Below are positions 34,235-37,009 of a stretch of 37,009 nucleotides of DNA, one piece after another. The notes beneath the pieces are model-generated. The model was not told where the DNA came from. It saw nothing but the letters and a program-made list of their open reading frames with translations, and did no database searches. Every line of letters starts with the position of its first letter. Position 1 is the first letter of the stretch. The position numbers were made by a program, and so were the translations under genes. This DNA is from Chromatiales bacterium (GTDB lineage: Bacteria > Pseudomonadota > Gammaproteobacteria > Chromatiales > Chromatiaceae): assembly GCA_028278145.1 (NCBI GenBank), contig JANQEV010000099.1:1-37009 (forward strand), given 5' to 3'.

Positions 34235-36901
34235 TTAGATATTGATAGTATCTGAATCAGTATCATCACTCTCTAGCTGGCGCAGGATAGTGTCATGCAG
34301 ACACTGTAGCGTGTCAGGATCCTCAACCGGTCTGGAATCCTCATCAGTGATGAAAAAAGTGTCCTCTGCTTCGGCACCAATGGTGGCAATTTTAGCGGCC
34401 TTGAGATTGACTCTGCATTGAGAAAAGGCCTGGCCTACCTGGGCCAGAAGGCCGGGTTGATCAGCTGTGATCAGCTTGAGTATGGTTCTCTGGTTGGTCT
34501 GGTCCTGGATGAAGTCTATCTGGGTAGGGATCTTAAAGTGTTTCATCTGACGTGGTATGCGTCGGGTGACGTTCAGGCTCACCTGGTCAGGATTATTCAG
34601 ACCATTTCTGAGTACCTGGATAATCTTCTGTTCCCGATCCTCATCAGTGATGGCGCTACCATCATCTTCCAGTACCCGATAACTATCAAGGGAGTAGCCG
34701 TCACTGGTGGTCTCGATGCGGGCATCAACTACATTGAGACGCAGGCGGTCGAGCAGGGCAGTGGTAATGGCAAACAGGCCCGTGTGGTCATGGGAATAGA
34801 TCACCACTTCCGAACCACCGCGCCCTGTTTTACTGCGTAGTTTTATCTGTGGCCCATCCTGTCCTTTGTTGGAATTAATGAACTGGGTATGGGATATGAT
34901 CTCTTCCACTGAGGAGTAGAGGAAATACTCCATGCCCAGGGTTCTCCACAGATTGTTGATGGCATCGCTTCCAATACCTGATCGCCCCAGTTCTTCACTG
35001 GCATCTCGCTGTTTTTCCTGGATTAACTCGTTCAGGTCATGGGGGCGTTCCAGGCCGCGCAGCATGGTGCGGCGAGTGGCGATGTACAGGTCCTTGAGCA
35101 GTGAATCTTTCCAGGAGTTCCATTTCTTGGGATCGGTGGCGCGCATGTCGGCCACGGTAAGCAGATAGAGATGATCCAGCCGGGCAATGGTGCCCAGCTT
35201 CTTGGCGAAATTGTGAATTACCTCCGGATCACTGGTGTCCTGGCGCTGGGCCGTCATGGACATAAGCAGGTGGTTGCGCACCAGCCAGGAAACAAGTTTG
35301 CTGTCGTAATCGCTAAGGCCATGTTCTTTACAGAACACCCAGGCATCTTTGGCCCCGATTGTAGAGTGGTCACCTTCGCGTCCTTTTCCTATGTCATGGA
35401 ACAGACCTGCCAGATATAACAGCTCTGGTTTGGGCAGGCGGTGGATGATTTCACTACACAGTGGGAACTCGCGTGCCCGCCAACTCACGGCAAAGCGGCG
35501 CAGGTTGCGCACTACGAACAGGGTATGCTCATCCACTGTGTACACATGGAACAGGTCATACTGCATGCGGCCCACAATGTTACTGAATACCGGCAGGTAC
35601 GCAGGGAGTATGCCGTAACGGTTCATGCGTCTGAGTTCTGATGTTACACCGTTGGATTGGCGGATGATCTCCATGAACAGGCTCTTTGCACGCAAGTCAT
35701 CTCTGAATTTGTCATCAATTTGATGTCGATGGGAGCGGATTAGACGCACCGTGCTGGCGCGTACCCCCTTCAATTCTGGATATAGCTGGAGCAGTAGGAA
35801 GATCTCCAGCAGGGCAAATGGATAGCGCCGAAAGATGTTGTCATTGGTCACCTCGAGGAATCCGTTCCTGGCCTGAAACCTCTTGTTGATGCTGAGAATT
35901 TCCGCCGGCTGATTCTCCATCAGGATGGCCTCTTCAAACAGCTGCAGCAGTCGCTCATTCAGGCGCTCAATGCGGATGGCGGTGCGATAGTAGCGTTGCA
36001 TGAACTGCTCTACTGCCAGACTATGTTCCTGATCTACAAATCCGAACTCCTGGGCCAGGGCACGCTGGTAGTCGAACAGCAGCCGGTCCTCTCTCCGGCC
36101 GGTGTGCAGGTGCAGGGCAAAGCGTATCTTCCACAGTAGGGAGCGTGCCTCCATCAGGTATTCATACTCTACCTCAGTCAGGAAGTTATGCCCCACCAGG
36201 CCATGCATGGTTTCGCAGCCAAAGTAGCGCTTTGCTACCCAACCCACGGTCTGGATATCTCGTAGTCCCCCCGGTCCTTCTTTGAGATTGGGTTCCAGGT
36301 TGGTGGCGGTATCATCAAATTTTTCGTATCTCTCTTTCTGTTCCTCCCATTTACCCTTAAAAAACTGGTCACTGGGCCATATTTTGTCCGGTGAGGTGGC
36401 ATCGCGCATCTGTTGCAGGGTATCCGGGCTCCCGGCTAGCAGACGTGATTCCATTATGTTGGTGGTTACGGTGATATCCTGCTTTGCTTCCTCTACACAC
36501 TCATCTATAGAACGTACGCTGTGCCCCACTTCCAGGCCGATATCCCAGAAGAAAGTCAGTAACTGCTCAATATTTTCTGTGAGCTGGTCCCGTTCCTTGG
36601 GCTCCACCAGTATCATCAGATCGATATCAGAATGGGGATGCAGCTCGCCACGGCCATAGCCACCAACTGCCACCAGGGCAGCATCGGTCTGTTCAGGCAT
36701 ATTGAGTTGCCAGGCTCGCTGTAGCAGGGAGTCAATCAACTTTGCCCTCAGGGATACCAGGGTAGAGACCGGGACTTGGTCTTGAAAGCCCTGGGCCAGT
36801 GTCTCAGCGCCTTGGGCCAGGGTATTGCGGAACAGGACCAGGGGATTATCAGTCTCAGAAAGTGCCTGATCGAAGGCTGTGCCGTTAAATACTCGTTTCA
36901 T
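34235..36901 (-). CDS. glnD: [protein-PII] uridylyltransferase / uridylyl-removing enzyme
   Basis: 888 aa. Nucleotidyltransferase motif (GGYGRGELHPHSDIDL), an HD domain and two C-terminal ACT domains. Confidence 0.9.
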   Translation of the reverse strand: MKRVFNGTAFDQALSETDNPLVLFRNTLAQGAETLAQGFQDQVPVSTLVSLRAKLIDSLLQRAWQLNMPEQTDAALVAVGGYGRGELHPHSDIDLMILVEPKERDQLTENIEQLLTFFWDIGLEVGHSVRSIDECVEEAKQDITVTTNIMESRLLAGSPDTLQQMRDATSPDKIWPSDQFFKGKWEEQKERYEKFDDTATNLEPNLKEGPGGLRDIQTVGWVAKRYFGCETMHGLVGHNFLTEVEYEYLMEARSLLWKIRFALHLHTGRREDRLLFDYQRALAQEFGFVDQEHSLAVEQFMQRYYRTAIRIERLNERLLQLFEEAILMENQPAEILSINKRFQARNGFLEVTNDNIFRRYPFALLEIFLLLQLYPELKGVRASTVRLIRSHRHQIDDKFRDDLRAKSLFMEIIRQSNGVTSELRRMNRYGILPAYLPVFSNIVGRMQYDLFHVYTVDEHTLFVVRNLRRFAVSWRAREFPLCSEIIHRLPKPELLYLAGLFHDIGKGREGDHSTIGAKDAWVFCKEHGLSDYDSKLVSWLVRNHLLMSMTAQRQDTSDPEVIHNFAKKLGTIARLDHLYLLTVADMRATDPKKWNSWKDSLLKDLYIATRRTMLRGLERPHDLNELIQEKQRDASEELGRSGIGSDAINNLWRTLGMEYFLYSSVEEIISHTQFINSNKGQDGPQIKLRSKTGRGGSEVVIYSHDHTGLFAITTALLDRLRLNVVDARIETTSDGYSLDSYRVLEDDGSAITDEDREQKIIQVLRNGLNNPDQVSLNVTRRIPRQMKHFKIPTQIDFIQDQTNQRTILKLITADQPGLLAQVGQAFSQCRVNLKAAKIATIGAEAEDTFFITDEDSRPVEDPDTLQCLHDTILRQLESDDTDSDTINI

Positions 36902-36908
36902 TTACTAA

Positions 36909-37009
36909 GGAACCCCTGATTAATTCCATGATGGCCGAGACGCTGCCTTTGCGTCTTGAGATGCAAGGCGGCTTGTGCAGCTAATGGCCTTAGTCCTTAG
37001 CAAGCGAGC
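36909..37009 (+). mobile_element. MITE-like repeat element, copy C (truncated by the window end), 8 bp upstream of the glnD start codon
   Basis: About 95% identical to copy B over the 101 bp visible. The terminus is a variant (GGAACCCCTGATT) and is preceded by ACTAA. Confidence 0.55.

Noticed and set aside
1-37009. CRISPR arrays, rRNA genes, intact IS/transposase or integrase genes
   Set aside because: No short regularly spaced direct repeats, no rRNA-like sequence, and no transposase or integrase ORF were seen. The only mobile-looking sequences are the non-autonomous TIR elements and the tRNA-like scars.

Overview
The window is a 37 kb chromosomal segment, probably from a gammaproteobacterium with roughly 50-55% GC, combining conserved core genes with several accessory patches.

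Core genes recognisable from motifs:
- ffs (SRP RNA), dnaX, ybaB and recR, in the conserved order.
- A HIT-family protein.
- glnD on the minus strand, followed by a DapL-type LL-diaminopimelate aminotransferase and a LysA-like decarboxylase.
- arfB and rtcB.
- Two large membrane-sensor PAS-GGDEF-EAL proteins.
- A DUF1343 (NamZ-like) protein.

Accessory content, in window order:
- 1-420: tandem structured repeat units with intrinsic terminators, a candidate sRNA array.
- About 1.7-6.0 kb: a decayed island-like patch. It holds an XRE-family regulator divergent from a consensus sigma-70 promoter driving a short transcript (50-aa ORF plus terminator), then an HNH endonuclease, an unknown 318-aa protein translationally coupled to arfB, and tRNA-like remnants.
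- A roughly 274-bp element with 13-bp terminal inverted repeats, present three times (5978-6250, 29452-29725, 36909-end). Copy B abuts the dnaX stop codon and copy C lies 8 bp upstream of the glnD start.
- 8.7-10.6 kb: an AT-rich islet encoding two translationally coupled secreted proteins and a tail-anchored protein.
- 10.7-16.7 kb: two adjacent operons. The first is NUDIX / IF-2B-family / DUF547-like. The second is a CbbQ/NorQ-type MoxR AAA+ ATPase, a CbbO/NorD-type VWA protein and a cytoplasmic EndoG/NucA-family nuclease, with no Rubisco or NorCB gene in the window. This is the most likely candidate for an undescribed system.
- 20.3-24.2 kb: a phosphorus-stress lipid-remodelling cluster (PlcP-like metallophosphoesterase, GT4 glycosyltransferase, OlsF-like bifunctional acyltransferase), next to a PstS-like binding protein coupled to a GGDEF-EAL enzyme.

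dnaX carries the canonical A AAA AAG -1 frameshift site, with TGA two codons downstream in the -1 frame. No CRISPR array, rRNA or intact transposase gene was seen.
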